The position numbers were made by a program, and so were the translations under genes. The notes beneath the pieces are model-generated. The model was not told where the DNA came from, made no database searches, and saw only the letters and a list, made by a program, of their open reading frames with translations. Below, in pieces: positions 13,414 through 34,299 of a stretch of DNA of 64,000 bases. The first letter of the stretch is position 1, and every line of letters begins with the position of its first letter. Source of the DNA: Microbotryum violaceum (lineage: Eukaryota); the NCBI GenBank assembly GCA_001244265.2, contig CDLV01000015.1, positions 930,001 through 994,000 of the forward strand, in the 5' to 3' direction.

Positions 13414-14565
13414 TTCTCTTCTTTTGTCGATCTTTACGGAATCATTGTTGATTCCAGCAGCATTGTCCTTCCAGATCATTGGTCCTGATCACAAAGAGGG
13501 GCTTGAAGCCGGCCGCCCAAATAACCTCTCTACATGACGGGATCGCAGGGCGGATAGAAAGTGATATTACACAGTCTTCATCTTTAATTTGATCAAACAC
13601 ACGAGTCACAAATCAACCACTTCCTCCTTCGCCTTGCTTCTGCTGTTTTGCCCATCCGCCGAAGCATCATCGTTTCTCCCTCGTTTCCCACCGAGCGCGC
13701 CGACTAGAGGGTGACTCATGACAATTGAGGTCGCTGGCCTCGATAAGGGACGATTGGCCCGATTGCGCGCACTTCAGTGCACAATGTCATATTTTGAAGA
13801 CTTTACGCGGTGCATCTGGCACAGGGCACTGATAATTGAGCTGGGGCCTACTAGTCGCCGATCGGCGACTCGGATACCGTGCCCTCATCGCGCATTTAAA
13901 CCCGAGCTGGACGCGCCTTGACGAGTGAACAAACAATACGAGTGAATTCGAGTGGTGTTGTCCCTTTTCAAGCGCCGTTCCGCTTCCGCAAATATGCATT
14001 TATTTCTTCGGTCACGCAGTCTTGTATGCCGCGGCCCAGCAAGACAAATTGAAAGGCACGAGATCGCTGTCGAGCCTCACTGGTTCCGATTCCAAACTGA
14101 AAGGATTAAATGGTGTGATTCGCAGGCGAAGAAAGTGGACCAAAAGGACTAACTTGGTCAAGAGGCGCTGCGGCGCCGCGCGCGAGGTCAAGCTTGAGGC
14201 CGCTGAGGTTGGTTCAGAGGCGTAAGCGAAGTGCAGTGGCGCCTTACAGATTCCTGTCTCCACACTGGCAGCAGGGCCAGGGGTATCGCATCTTATCAAC
14301 ATCAGCAGCGAACGGGAGAGAGGGTCTACAAAAGATTGGTGAATCGCGCGAAGGTGGGAAGGTGGCTGTTGAGTTTTGCAGGGCTGACCCCCCGGGCGCG
14401 ATAGCGGACGGTTACAGCGAAACAGAGCGAGGTAGTACGCCTTACTTTGGTCATCACTTCTCATCCACTTCCATACCATCTGACTTGCTTTGGTCGTTTT
14501 GGCGGTCGGAACGAGATGCAACAGTTGGAAAATGATCAAATGAATGGCACACGTGGCTAAAGCAG

Positions 14566-17037
14566 CTACAAAATGATAGGCGAAACCGACGCCCTTTCCC
14601 GTCTCGTCTGCACAATCTCCTCAAGCAATTTCTCCAAATCCGCAACAAGCTGATCATACGAGAGCTCCCCTGAACCCCATTCACTCTTGAGGTATTCTTC
14701 TACTTCGACCCCGTTGTACATATAAGTTGACAAGTTGAGTCCGCAGTACTTCGCCACAATATCGATAAGGTCGGGAAGGCCATCCCAGAAACCCAAATAT
14801 GGCTTCAGCAGCTCCCTCCGGTTTGACTTATGTTGGACATATCCCACTTTGATATCGTAGGCACATTCTTCCCAATTCCAATCTTTCCACACCGCCGCGG
14901 CTTCTTCCGACAGCCTGCCCCAGCTTTCTGGTCCCGTGGGTTGCATGAAAACGACGAAAAGGATGACGTAAACGAGCGACTCGATGTCGTGCCACGGCTG
15001 ATGCAGAATCGTGCCGACATTGTCAATGAGTTGCCTTGCTCGGAATGCGAAGGTGCCCTGTGCGCGGTGATTGAACGAGGCTCTGATCAGCGGTGTAGCA
15101 CTGACACGCTACAGGACGAGAACGTAACCTCACAACTCGTTCCAGACGTGCTGCGTCGCCAAAGGGCCCGTCCATGAGCACGGCGAGATCATAATCGATT
15201 AGTACACCCTCTCCATCCGGTCCAACCATGATGTTTCCGGAAGAGACATCGCGATGCAGGATGCGCATGCGGTGCAGACTGCGCAGACCTGGGAAGAGAA
15301 GATCAATTCGGCATCAGATATCAAACATCCACTGCAACCCCAACTGATCCGAGCGAGATCAGAAACATACCTTTCACCACTCCAAGCGCGACTCGAATGA
15401 GCGCCTCGGTCGAGTCCACGGTCCAGATTGTCTCGAAGCAGCGCTCCTGAAAGGCCACCTCCATCGCCCTCGGCTTGAGCGCGGCGCTGTCGGCGTCGGA
15501 CTGGCCCTTGAGGAAGTGAGGTACAAGGCCGAAATTGACCTCTCGATGCACGTCCACAAAGTTCGTGAGACCTTCGCGCTCCTGAGGCGATGCCGAAGCA
15601 ATCAGCAGCCGGATCCGATCGTGTTCGTCGCAACGAGCCTCTTCCACAAACGAGACGGTCATCGCGTACTCCTGTTCGCCGTTGACACCCATCCGTGTCG
15701 CACGAACTCGCGACGCCGACGTCTGCAACCCGAGGACTGCGCCGCTACAAAACACCGTTTGCGCAATCTCGACCGAGTCGATCGTCGACCCGTCCCCGAG
15801 GTGATGAGCGAAAACTGGCACTCGCGGCGGCAGCGTGGCGACCGGGAACGGCAGAGGTGGGCCGTCGGGCTCCCCAGGCGAGGCGATCTTCCCAAGGTCA
15901 AGATCATTCAGGCTGAGCAGACGCGTGATAAACATCGAGAGGTGTCCATTCGATTCGGTGCATTCGATGTCGGACGAATAGAAGAGACCAGAGGGGGTGT
16001 GAAGATAGAGGGTCAAGATCGAACCGTCGAGCGTGAAGCCGAACGTGTGAGAGCGGATCGGTGACTCGGCAGCGAGCTTGCGCAGGTGATGCTTCACTCG
16101 CGTGGCCGGGTAGACCCACGCCGAATCCAAGGTGGGGTCTTGGCATATCTTCTTGCCACCCAGTACACCAATCGCGGCCACTTGTTCCCAGTTGCGGAAA
16201 TCGTCTTTTTCAGCGTCGACGTGATCTTGGGCCCAAGCCGACGCGAGCTCGGAATTGCCGTCGAAGGCCTGTCGCGACAGCACGACGAAATCGGGGAACT
16301 CGTTGGGGTCGTAGGCTTCGCGATCTTGGCGAAGAGGGGTTTTCACAAGTCTTCCTTGTGGTTCCTGTCCGATCCAGAGCGCGGGTAGATGAGGGACATC
16401 GAAACAACAGTAGGAGCAACATTGCGTTGGAAGAGATGCTCACCAAGTTCGGATCACCTAACTGCCACGTGATTCTCGGCGCCAGGCTCTGATTCATCGT
16501 TGACTCAGTCTGGCCGAGATCCGCCGCGGTACCGTCGCGACTGGGGCTGGGGCTCAGGAAAAAGTCCCTCAACGAGGACCACTCGATTTCATGGCCCTGA
16601 AATCCGGTTCTGTCTTCCGAGCTGGAAGGGAACATCCATGTGCGCAGGACCCATGGCAGTTGAGCGGTGAACGAGCGAGCGAGAGGCGGCGAGGGCACGC
16701 GTGGCGGGACCTTCGGCGATGTGATCGGCGATCCCGTGGGCGACGTGATTGCTGATCCTGCAGGGGAAGTGATCGCTGATCCTGCTGGCGAACTGATCGC
16801 TGATCCTGCTGGCGAAGTGGTTGGTGATTCTGTGAAGGACCCCTTCGGCGAGCCCGTCGATGGAGCGGTAGTTGCTTTCGTAGAGCCACGCGATCGGCGA
16901 GATGCCGGCGAGGACGTGGTCGACGGGGGTGAGCCGGAATGCTGCTGTGCGACATCTCGGGCGGGGTGGGCAGGCGGTGACGCCGGCTCTGGACCGCCAA
17001 CGTCCACGCATTTGTCGCCAGACTGCGCGCCAGCCAT
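14566..17037 (-). CDS. FunK1-type kinase K1, second copy of allele A
   Basis: ORF translations identical to 3009-5480. Confidence 0.88.
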
Positions 17038-18571
17038 CGACAGAACACAAAGAGAAGAGGCTAAGGAAAGAGGGAGGAGTAGGTCTAGACCAGCTGCAAA
17101 ACACTGGCACGGCGATGTAGTTGTCAGTTTGTTCAGTTGCTTTCGCGTGCCTCAGCCTGTATCCGCGTAACCGACACCGAGATGGTGTCTTCTCAACATG
17201 AGCAGCAACAGGAGAGGTATCTACAAAGGCGAGTGGGGCCACGTGACAGAAGGAAGATTGCTTGTGATGGTATGGTGAGATATGCAGGGTGGACTCGGGA
17301 GGGCTCCCCGCGCGGACCGCAGCGACATGCCGCAAACGCGCTGACGCTGCCAGACGCTGCCAGACGCTGCCAGACGCTGCCAGACGCTGCCGGAAAGCTC
17401 AGCCGAAGATGCGTCTCGAAAACCCCGGTTTTTGGCCGATTTGTACACCGAAAATCCCTTTCCAAGGGGTGTATGTATTCCGGTGTAAGGCAAATTTATC
17501 GGGTTGTGTTGAAAAAGTTAATCTACCATGAAAAATTATAAATGGGCTCGAAATGTACAAATCGTGCACATACATCATGATCGGGCTGAGCTTTTGCGGG
17601 CCCTACGCTGGCTGACGCTGGCTGCCTCGGGCCGAAACTGGCTGCAGCTGGCTGGCCGAATCGGCGCGTCTATACGGTGGCCGGGGCCATATCCGATCTG
17701 CGCCGAATGGACGTTGGTCGCAGCTCATCCTGTAGGAGATGCAAACACTTTGATCTCCTGATCTTTGACCCCAGGTGTTACTTCATATAAAGCGACACTG
17801 TACAGCATCATATGGCTTAAGGCGATGTCTGAAATCCAAACCGTTCTCTCTTGAACCTTGAAGGAAAATCGCCAATGTTTTGAGCCCACCACAGCGTCAA
17901 GCTTACCTGCCTTCAAGCTGATGGCACTCTTCAGCGATCACCGTCGGGCCCCGTACAGCACACCCACGCCATCAACACCGGCCTACACGAGGGTCACTTC
18001 ATATTAGACTAGTGCACTCTTTGACCATGCTAAGGACGCCGTTACGCCGTTAGGAATTCGGAAGAGGGCGCCGGCCCCAAGCTCAAGCGTCCAGTCGCTC
18101 GTGCTCGGAAACAGAAGGGAACACCGCGATCCCGATCGCTCTGATCTGCCGGTAAGCGTTCTCTCCGGTCCTATGTACATAGTACTTCCGGTACAGATGG
18201 ATGAGACTCGATGAATCCGCAGTTGCTGCAGCTGCGTCGGTTGCTAAGACGACGTTGAGGCTGCGGGAAGGCCGCACAGATCCTAGTAGTACCGATCAAA
18301 AGTACCCAATTTCGGGGCGTCAAGGTAATTATCTTGGCTCTTTTTTTTCTTCTCGTGCATTGCGATGTATGATGCGGTACTTATGAGTATGCCGATCGCA
18401 TATTCTTCGAGCTGAAGCACCACACGCACAGAACGTGGATGATCCTCAGCTCCTAGAGACGTCACTGGAAGCCAATACCTCGGCGGCGCCGGCTCGTCAC
18501 GTACTACAGGTCTGTATTCTTTCTCACTATCGATCAACGAGACACTGGCTGATTTACAGGGTGCGACTACT

Positions 18572-19060
18572 TTGATAGCGAAGCTGGCGCGTTTGAAGCC
18601 AACAGCGACGAACCTTCTAGCGGGAGTACAAACGGGCTCCGGTGTCATTGTCCGGCCCGGAGTGGCGGTGTTGCTTCTCAACGGGGGACACACGGCGCAT
18701 TCGACTTTTCGAATCTCATTCGACACCTTGCCGACCTCGATGTGTCCAGTCGACAGGGAGAGTGATCTCCCGCTGATGCTGCGTACCACCAAGCTCATCA
18801 TTTGGGATGAAGCACCAATGGCGCATCGATTCGCCGTGGAAGCGGTCGACCGTGCACTGCGTGATCTCCGAGAGACCGAGGAGCTCTTCGGCGGGGTGAC
18901 CACGATCTTTGCGGGTCAGTTGGGCTCTTCCGCCTCCGCTTTGAACGACGGCAAGCTAACAAGGTTTCCGATCTGCAGGGAACTTTCGCCAATATCTTCC
19001 TGTCTGCCAAAGGAACCCTCGGTCAAATCGTCGATGCCTCCTCTCTCTCTCTCTCTCTGA
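18572..19060 (+). pseudogene. Helitron PIF1-like helicase fragment (duplicate)
   Basis: Identical translation to 7015-7503. Confidence 0.9.
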
Positions 19061-19513
19061 GTGAATTTCACCTTCTTCTCCAGCCCGAGCCTCGCTCTCG
19101 ATTCTCGACTCTTACCACATCCGTCCCAAATTTCGAGCCTCCTCGAGCTCGGTCCCAGACTTACCCACCTCGTCTGATTCAGCTTGCCCAACTACCAGTA
19201 GTTGGTCTTTCTCTTTCCCTTCTGCAGCTCGGATCTCAAAGGTCGCACACTTGCTCTCTTCCTTCGTCCTCGTCTCTTTGTGAGAAGTCCCTAGAAAATT
19301 TCTCGCCTCATCCCTCGTCCCTCGCCCTTTCAGCACCTTTGTCTTTCTCGCTTTCCTCATACGTAGGTGCCAATGTGCGATCTAGTCACTTCCACGCACT
19401 TCGTGAATAAGTTCGTTCTCTTCATTCAGATCGACAATCACACCCTCATCGCTACTGAGCCTTGTAAGAAAGCACATTAAAAATAGATCTGAGATGCAGA
19501 GACGAACGAGAAG

Positions 19514-20171
19514 TGTGGTACTCAGGAGGCGAGTCGAGTCATCTCGGGCTCAGGAGTCGAGTCGAGTCATTTCGGACATAGCGGGGTTGAGTTCAGGAGT
19601 CATTTCGGACGTAGCGGGGTCGGGTTCTGGGGTCATTCCGGACAAAGTCGGGCAGAGTTCGGGAGCCGTTTCAAGTTCCATCGGTTCGGGAAGGGTCAAG
19701 GCGCCGGTTTCGGCAGATTTCTCAGCGGATAAGCGGTCCCGGATAAACTCAATACCTCGGTGACTCAAGACTTGACTATCAGCGACGAATCATGTGGCTG
19801 GATTTGAATGGAAGACCGGGCCGGTTGCGCGGACGAAGGGATGAAGGGGAATGAAAGGAGCGCGGCGGTTTGAATGGTCGGAACGTTTGAGGGGATTTTG
19901 CTTCTTGTTCTTAGCTAGACCACTTCTAAGACCCGATACAGCATCCTAGGTGGTTCTCGCTTTCTAGTGTCTCAAGTCTCGTTTCGCATCGTTCTCCAGT
20001 CTCCGGCCTCAGCGTTTCAGTCCCGTCTCTCGGCTCTCGTACCCCTATCTCTCGGCTCTCGTACCCCTATCTCTCGGCTCTGCTCGTCTCTCTCGCCTGG
20101 GTCTCTTAGGAGCTCTTAGGGTTCTTATCCCTTATCTTCTCATCTTTGATCGACCGCTTTGCTATACCATA
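19514..20171. mobile_element. Probable solo LTR
   Basis: TGTGGTA...TACCATA imperfect terminal inverted repeat; internal ~30-bp and 22-bp tandem repeats; no TSD seen. Confidence 0.45.
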
Positions 20172-20450
20172 ACTGGGGAGTCAGCCGGGATCTTCCTTTG
20201 TTTTCACACGAAGGAGAATCTTAGGTCCGAGCCAGTGGTCAGCATCGACGACCTCTGTCACGAATCAGCAGTCCGAGGTCTGAGTGCAGCGCCACCGCGC
20301 AGCTTACTCAGCGCTAGGAACTTTCTAGGAGCTTCCAGTTATCTCTATGATCTTGCGCCTCGATCACTTCCTTTGGCTTCAACTTGCTTCCATGAGTTTC
20401 TGTCGCTTTACCTGGGCTTTCCTGCGACTATAAATAGGGCTTCTGTGTAG

Positions 20451-28359
<7,909 letters not shown>

Positions 28360-28473
28360 TAGTATTGCCCTTCGGTCTCACCAACGCACCTGCCGCCTTC
28401 CAACACCTCATGAACTCTATCTTCCGCAATCTTCTCGACGTCTCCGTGCTTGTTTATCTCGACAACATCCTGA

Positions 28474-28800
<327 letters not shown>

Positions 28801-28831
28801 TGACTCAGCCGCGCTCTCTTCTCTAGATTGA

Positions 28832-28945
<114 letters not shown>

Positions 28946-28995
28946 TGATGGCCACCTACGCCCTGTTGCCTTCATGTTGCGCAAGATGTTACCCG

Positions 28996-29152
28996 TGTTG
29001 GAATCAACAATGATCCCGAAATGATCAACAAAAGAAGAAGAATGGCTGGACTAGGAGTCGAACCTGGGTCACTTCCATTCATTGGAAAAGCTTTGACCAA
29101 CTAAGCTATCCGGCCCCTGATATCAGTGCAAGGTCTACTAACACCTTCAACA
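28996..29152 (-). mobile_element. 157-bp LTR-like element containing a tRNA-like unit
   Basis: TGTTG...CAACA termini; sits where the gypsy RNase H sequence stops; homologous to 1739-1904. Confidence 0.7.
29043..29115 (-). ncRNA. 73-nt tRNA-like sequence
   Basis: GGCCGGA TA GCTT AGTTGGTCA AAGC T TTTCC AATGAAT GGAAG TGAC CCAGG TTCGACT CCTAG TCCAGCC A: cloverleaf with A and B boxes; anticodon loop lacks U33. Confidence 0.7.
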
Positions 29153-29176
29153 ACAACAACGTATTATTGTACTATC

Positions 29177-30275
29177 GCCTTGATTGAATAGACTAGCCAT
29201 CCAAGAAAACAAGTAAACACGGTCTGCATTGGAGTGTTGCACTGGTCTGCTCAGTTCCAACCAGACTCTCATTGTAATACTCTGTAGTTACTCAAAGGCC
29301 CGATGCGCGTCTGGCCTTAGGCATTGCCGGAAAGTAGGGCCTCTCTTCCTTTCCGACCAGTTTATTCTTTGGAATACATACTCGTATCCTGTCACCTGCA
29401 AGGCCCGACGCTGGGGCCTTACACTCATCCCGCCGGCGCGCGCACAATTGTCCAACCAGTGCAGGGTCAAGGAGGAAGTGGGTGGCATATGACCCATGTA
29501 TTCCACCTGAATGCCCCACAAATATGTGATATTGCCGTCTTTCCGCCCTGCCAGCTCATCACGTAGAGAAGTCTCAGCTCTTTAGGCCGGGATCTCACTG
29601 CCAGCCGGGCCCCTCTTTCAAGTGATCTGGACCGATGGTCTAAGAGGACACCCCCCAAATAATATGCTAGATCAATCATATGAATCGGATGGCGAAAGAA
29701 AGCTGATGGCATCTGAAAGTCGATCAAGTGGTCACCCGCCCCACTGCACCATTGATACAGTGCATGGGGCACCACCCACCGATCGCGAGGGAGGTTTGCA
29801 GGTCGTCGCAATAGTCGCCTGTGGCTCATGTGTATGCCGTAGCCATAGAAATTGGTGCGGCAGCATAGTATTGATTTGGGCTTTACTTGCGCAGTGTTGA
29901 TTTGGATGTTCTGGGAGAGACAACATGAGCCTCTTGTTCAGTGAGGCCATAGGCTTGCTTCTCCGAGTCTGCTCGGCAAAAACCTCGCCGCAAATGGGGC
30001 ATGTGTCAGTGTGCAAACCTGCACGGACGTTCCGGGACTCCAACGAGCAGCGACCACTGATGGTTGTCGCTTACAACACGCAAGGAAATGAAAGGTCGAA
30101 AGCTTAAGCTGGAGCTGATATAGCTGCTGGAAGGGTCATCTAATGATGTGGATGTCAAAGTACACCGGGCCACCGGCGGTCCAATGTGTTGAGCTTCCAG
30201 TGAAGCGGGGGTTTAACCGTAGCATCATGATAGCCAAAACTGTGGCACATTCTGACTAAAGTACGAGTACGACAA
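29177..30275. repeat. Unclassified dispersed repeat, homolog of 1-935
   Basis: Collinear similarity with the window start; interrupted by a 151-bp solo LTR. Confidence 0.7.
29273..29423 (+). mobile_element. 151-bp solo LTR of the TRIM family
   Basis: TGTAA...TTACA; 5-bp TSD CTCAT. Confidence 0.95.
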
Positions 30276-30445
30276 GCCTTAACTTCAGGTTTTTGATCAT
30301 TGCATGCTGTTGCGCGACAAAACCTACTCCCAAATTACACCCGCCCACTGCAGCGGCGTCGCCGGCTAGAGGGATTGGCGATATCGGCGGCCGTGCAGAG
30401 GCTGCAGCCTGCGATTCTTATGCAGGCATCATAGCAAAACCACCT

Positions 30446-30555
30446 GGATGATCACGGGATTGAGCCCCCAATTTGAGATTCCACATCATATTTGAAATGC
30501 ATTTTTAATCAGCGCAGGGATCCCAAATGCATTTCAAATTGCGGTGCACAATCCC
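30446..30555 (+). repeat. Left member of an inverted repeat pair (with 34300-34433)
   Basis: GGATGATCACGGGATTGAGCCCCCAATTTGAGATTCCACATC matches the reverse complement of 34392-34432, mostly with CpG transitions. Confidence 0.7.
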
Positions 30556-30771
30556 GCAGTGTTAAGAGAAAAACCCGCACTCCGTGACAAACGGAGGGTT
30601 TTCTAAACAAGATTTATGAACAAGTAGGGTGGCAGGGAGGAGCTCAAAAAAAAAAAAGGTTGATTGACTTTGCTCAAAGAGCGCAGGTCTGATTAGTAAC
30701 TAAACACTGCAACTGACTTGGGGGATAGGGCATACCTTTGCTCAAAAAGTGCAGGGCGATGGCAGGGGAGG

Positions 30772-30922
30772 TGTAATACTCTGTAGTTACTCAAAGGCCC
30801 GATGCGCGTCTGGCCTTAGGCATTGCCGGAAAGTAGGGCCTCTCTTCCTTTCCGACCAGTTTATTCTTTGGAATACATACTCGTATCCTGTCACCTGCAA
30901 GGCCCGACGCTGGGGCCTTACA
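30772..30922 (+). mobile_element. 151-bp solo LTR of the TRIM family
   Basis: TGTAA...TTACA; TSD GGAGG. Confidence 0.95.
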
Positions 30923-32297
30923 GGAGGAAGGCGACGCGGTAGGTAGACACAGCCAAACGAGGTCTGTATACAAGGTAGCCCCATAAGTCAACTTGCCCAA
31001 CAAGGACAAGGAATTTGGCAACACGCCCAACAAGGACAGTCGTGATCCAGAATGCAAACCTTAGCTAGAAACAGCGAGCCGCGATAGTGCGAGTCTCAAA
31101 AAGTTCACCCTTGCTCTAAGCAGTGGGTGCAATACGACCTTGCAAAGCAGCGGGTATGGCGGCTGCTTACAACGTAGTGGCAGGCTAGCTCATCAGTCCA
31201 ACTGTCCAACAAGGGCAGAGGGCTTACAAGGGATGTTACCCACTTTGAGTGAGTAGAGACTGGCAGGGGGGTGCCGGAACCACAACACAAAATGCTGAGG
31301 CGTGCGGGACAACGAGGGAGAGGGAGAGGAAGGGCCCGCGCGCGCCAGCGGGTGAGCAAGGCGGGAGGCCCAAGGGGGCCAAGAAGAGTGCGTGCTGGCA
31401 CAGGGTCCAAAGAATGCGTGTTCTAAGAGTGGAGCACGAGCGGGCCCCGTTAGGCCGAGACCAGCGCGCTTGAGCTGTTCACGTCAAAATCTTGCAGCAA
31501 AGGCCGAAAAGACTATCGACTTCTCCATAGTGCGCGCTGTTTGTGGCGTTTGTTTTAGGATGGAAAAGTTGAGTTGCAGTGATAAGAGAAAAACCCGCAC
31601 TCTGTATTTTGGTATTGTTTTTGTTGATGATTTGCCAGATGTAAGATGAGGGTTTTTTCAGGAACCTTGGAGCAGGAGGGTGGGTGAAATTTTGTTGTGC
31701 GTTGTAAAATGAAGGTCAAACTGGCTTGAAGTTGATGATGTACAGGTTGAGATCAAGTAGGTGAAGAGCTTGCGCTCAGTGGTGTGTGGAGCGCGCCGCA
31801 GCATTGGACACTAGTACCACTGCTTTAGCGCCGGCGTCGGAGCAGGTTTTCGGACCCACTTTCCGGCCGTGAGTCTGCTCACGGCAGATGTCACAGATGT
31901 GGCGGAATTTGCACAGCTGGATATTATGGTCTAATCCCTGATTCCACAGGGAACATGTAGGCCGTCCGCGTCTGAATCTCTTGGTGCCGTCGTGGTGGTG
32001 TAAAACTGGGCCGGTGTGAGGGCCTGGTGTAAGGCGCCGCTCCGCTTACGCCTCACGACAACCTCGAACCGACCCTAGCCAACCTCTGCGGCCTCACGCT
32101 TGCCCTCGCGCGCGGCACCGCCGCATCTCTTGACCTTAGTCCTTTTAGTAGTCTTTCTTTGCCTGCAAATTACACCGTTTGATCCTTTCAGTTTGGACTC
32201 GGAACCAGTGAGGCTCGAGCGCAATCTCATGCCTTTCACCTGGTTGATCAAATGAGGCTTGAATAAGGGCTTGAGAGGATTTCTTGGTCCACGCAGC

Positions 32298-33893
32298 CTA
32301 ACATTCATGCATCACTACATCACCCCAAGAAGCTTGAAGCAGTGAGTGAATCGACGAGGAGTGGTTGGCGAGCGTACGGCGGAACTGATTGTTGTATAGC
32401 GCCATGACCTCGTAACCCCATGCAGGCCGGGCCACCACTTCTTCCAGAAAATCGAGGTAGTGGACCCAATCGCGTCCTTGGTGCGTGAAGAAGGCGGTGT
32501 TCTCAAGTGCCTCAAGATTTTTGAGGGCTCGGAGATGTCCAATGGGTCCTCCAAGAACGTCCAAATTCGCCTTAGACTTTTTGGAGTGGATCAACACGTT
32601 GATGCCTTGATGCTGGCTTCCCTCCGTAGAAAACGTGTAGAAGAGGGAATCTTTGGCCACGTGGGAAGCCTCTGCGGCCGACACGAAATTTCCGCAAAGG
32701 ACTTTCATTGCCTCAAGCACGTCGAGCTTGATGCCATGGGTACTGAGGATTTTTGCCGTAACGAAATCTAGCCTGTACTCGTTGCCGTTCTTCATGAACC
32801 TTGATCTTTTGTAGAACTCTTGCTTTTGGCGCAGTCCCAGCACATAGTCCGACAGGAGTTTCTGCCTGCTCGTAGGAGCGTTCAGGACACCGTCAAGGAA
32901 GTCCTTCAGCGGATCTCGTGGAGGGCCCAGATCGTCTGGATCAAGGGGCTGATATGTTGACAGGGTAGCCGGGGGCAAGTTGTTTTCGGGATTCAGTTGT
33001 TGTGAGGAAGGACGGAATGCCGAGGGCGGATGGGGAGCAAGCGCGGTCGGTCGCGGTGCTGGAATCGCCTTTGACTTCTTGGCTCGGGGGTCTAGTTGAC
33101 GTACTTGGGCCATTAGAGCTTCCCTCTGAGCCGCGGCGACTGCATCATCGTTTTCCCCTTCATCGGTGATATCCTCCCAGTCGAAGTCCATCGTGACGGG
33201 GCGTTTGGATGTGCGCGACGCTTGCTCGGATCGATGCAGTGGTCTACCCGAAGGAGTCGCCGCTGAAGGAGGTCTCAAGACCCATCCACGTGGTAGACGG
33301 TTGAATTTATAGTCGACCTCGGGTGGGAAAGTAGCAGGGTCAACGTCGCCTTCGACGAAGAGGGCGGTATGGACCACAATCTGGCCTGCGCCGTCTTTTT
33401 CCAGCTCGTCGAAGGTGTAGGTAGGCAGGTCGCCCACATGTTCGATAGCAGTGACCCGTTTCAACGGCGGGGGTGGCCCGGCGGACGATTGTCGGCGAAG
33501 ACGATACGAAGCCATATTCTTCGTCCAAAAGTGCGCACCGTATCGACTGAGATACTCGCTGGGGCGCCCGCATCCCAGAGCGTGGGCGATCACGGGGTGG
33601 ACATCGGCCTCCAAGAGCGCTTCCACGGATAGGCTCTTACCCAAGGGCAGCTTAGCTAACTGAGGTTCCCAGAAGAGGAGTGTGGACGGGTCAGAGTCCC
33701 GCGCGGCGGCCTTGAATCCCTCCTTGAGGTTGGCGAGGGAGGCGACGGAGAGCACGCTATTGTCGGAACCGTCCCACGCGCTCAGAATCTGCAGCAACGC
33801 CGCCTCCGTCTGAGGCCCCGACGCAAGGATTGGGTTCGAAGGGTCCCAATCGGGAGGGGCGTAGTTGTCGTCGGAGAAGGGGTCGATCGCCAT
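32298..33893 (-). CDS. Ngaro/DIRS gag-like protein (prematurely terminated; zinc finger remnant at ~31850-31970)
   Basis: ATG at 33893 (MAIDPF); WGYEVMALYNNQFRR resembles the YDxxFR gag motif; downstream CSLWNQG...CKFRHICDIC Cys/His finger. Confidence 0.62.
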   Translation of the reverse strand: MAIDPFSDDNYAPPDWDPSNPILASGPQTEAALLQILSAWDGSDNSVLSVASLANLKEGFKAAARDSDPSTLLFWEPQLAKLPLGKSLSVEALLEADVHPVIAHALGCGRPSEYLSRYGAHFWTKNMASYRLRRQSSAGPPPPLKRVTAIEHVGDLPTYTFDELEKDGAGQIVVHTALFVEGDVDPATFPPEVDYKFNRLPRGWVLRPPSAATPSGRPLHRSEQASRTSKRPVTMDFDWEDITDEGENDDAVAAAQREALMAQVRQLDPRAKKSKAIPAPRPTALAPHPPSAFRPSSQQLNPENNLPPATLSTYQPLDPDDLGPPRDPLKDFLDGVLNAPTSRQKLLSDYVLGLRQKQEFYKRSRFMKNGNEYRLDFVTAKILSTHGIKLDVLEAMKVLCGNFVSAAEASHVAKDSLFYTFSTEGSQHQGINVLIHSKKSKANLDVLGGPIGHLRALKNLEALENTAFFTHQGRDWVHYLDFLEEVVARPAWGYEVMALYNNQFRRTLANHSSSIHSLLQASWGDVVMHEC

Positions 33894-34299
33894 GAAGACT
33901 TTGATGGGGGACGAGTCGTGCGAAGTGAGAGTCGTCCCTGAATAGCTCCAAAAACAAAAAAAAAGGTCGATCGGCTTTGCTCGAAAAGCGCAGGGCGATG
34001 GCAGGGGAGGAAGGCGACGCGGTAGGTAGACGCGGCCAAACGAGGTTTTGAGTGAGTAGAGACTGGCAGGGGGATGCCGGAACCATAACACGAAACGCTG
34101 AGGCGTGCGTGTAAGGTATGCCGCATGCCTCTGACGTGCATAAAATACAATCTGTCGTTCTTGACCACTAAACTAAAAGCAAGTCGTAACTAGAACTCGG
34201 CAGTTCTAGCTACTCAGAGGCTACTTATAGGGCTGTTCTGTAAGGCATCCCCTTACAGTGCGGGACGACCTAAATACGATTGAAATCACGGCGCGCGAT

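Larger units (their letters stand above)
12496..19418 (+). repeat. Segmental tandem duplication, copy 2
   Basis: Near-identical to 939-7861. Confidence 0.97.
30557..34110 (-). mobile_element. Internally deleted Ngaro/DIRS-like element with split direct repeats
   Basis: Repeat at ~33955-34108 recurs, interrupted, at ~30645-31306; a short repeat (TAAGAGAAAAACCCGCACTC) at ~30563 and ~31583; gag-like ORF between them. Confidence 0.6.

Noticed and set aside
939..19418. Tandem duplication as a pure assembly artefact
   Set aside because: The copies differ by several substitutions and have distinct junctions, and a third inverted copy exists; an artefact cannot be fully excluded without reads.
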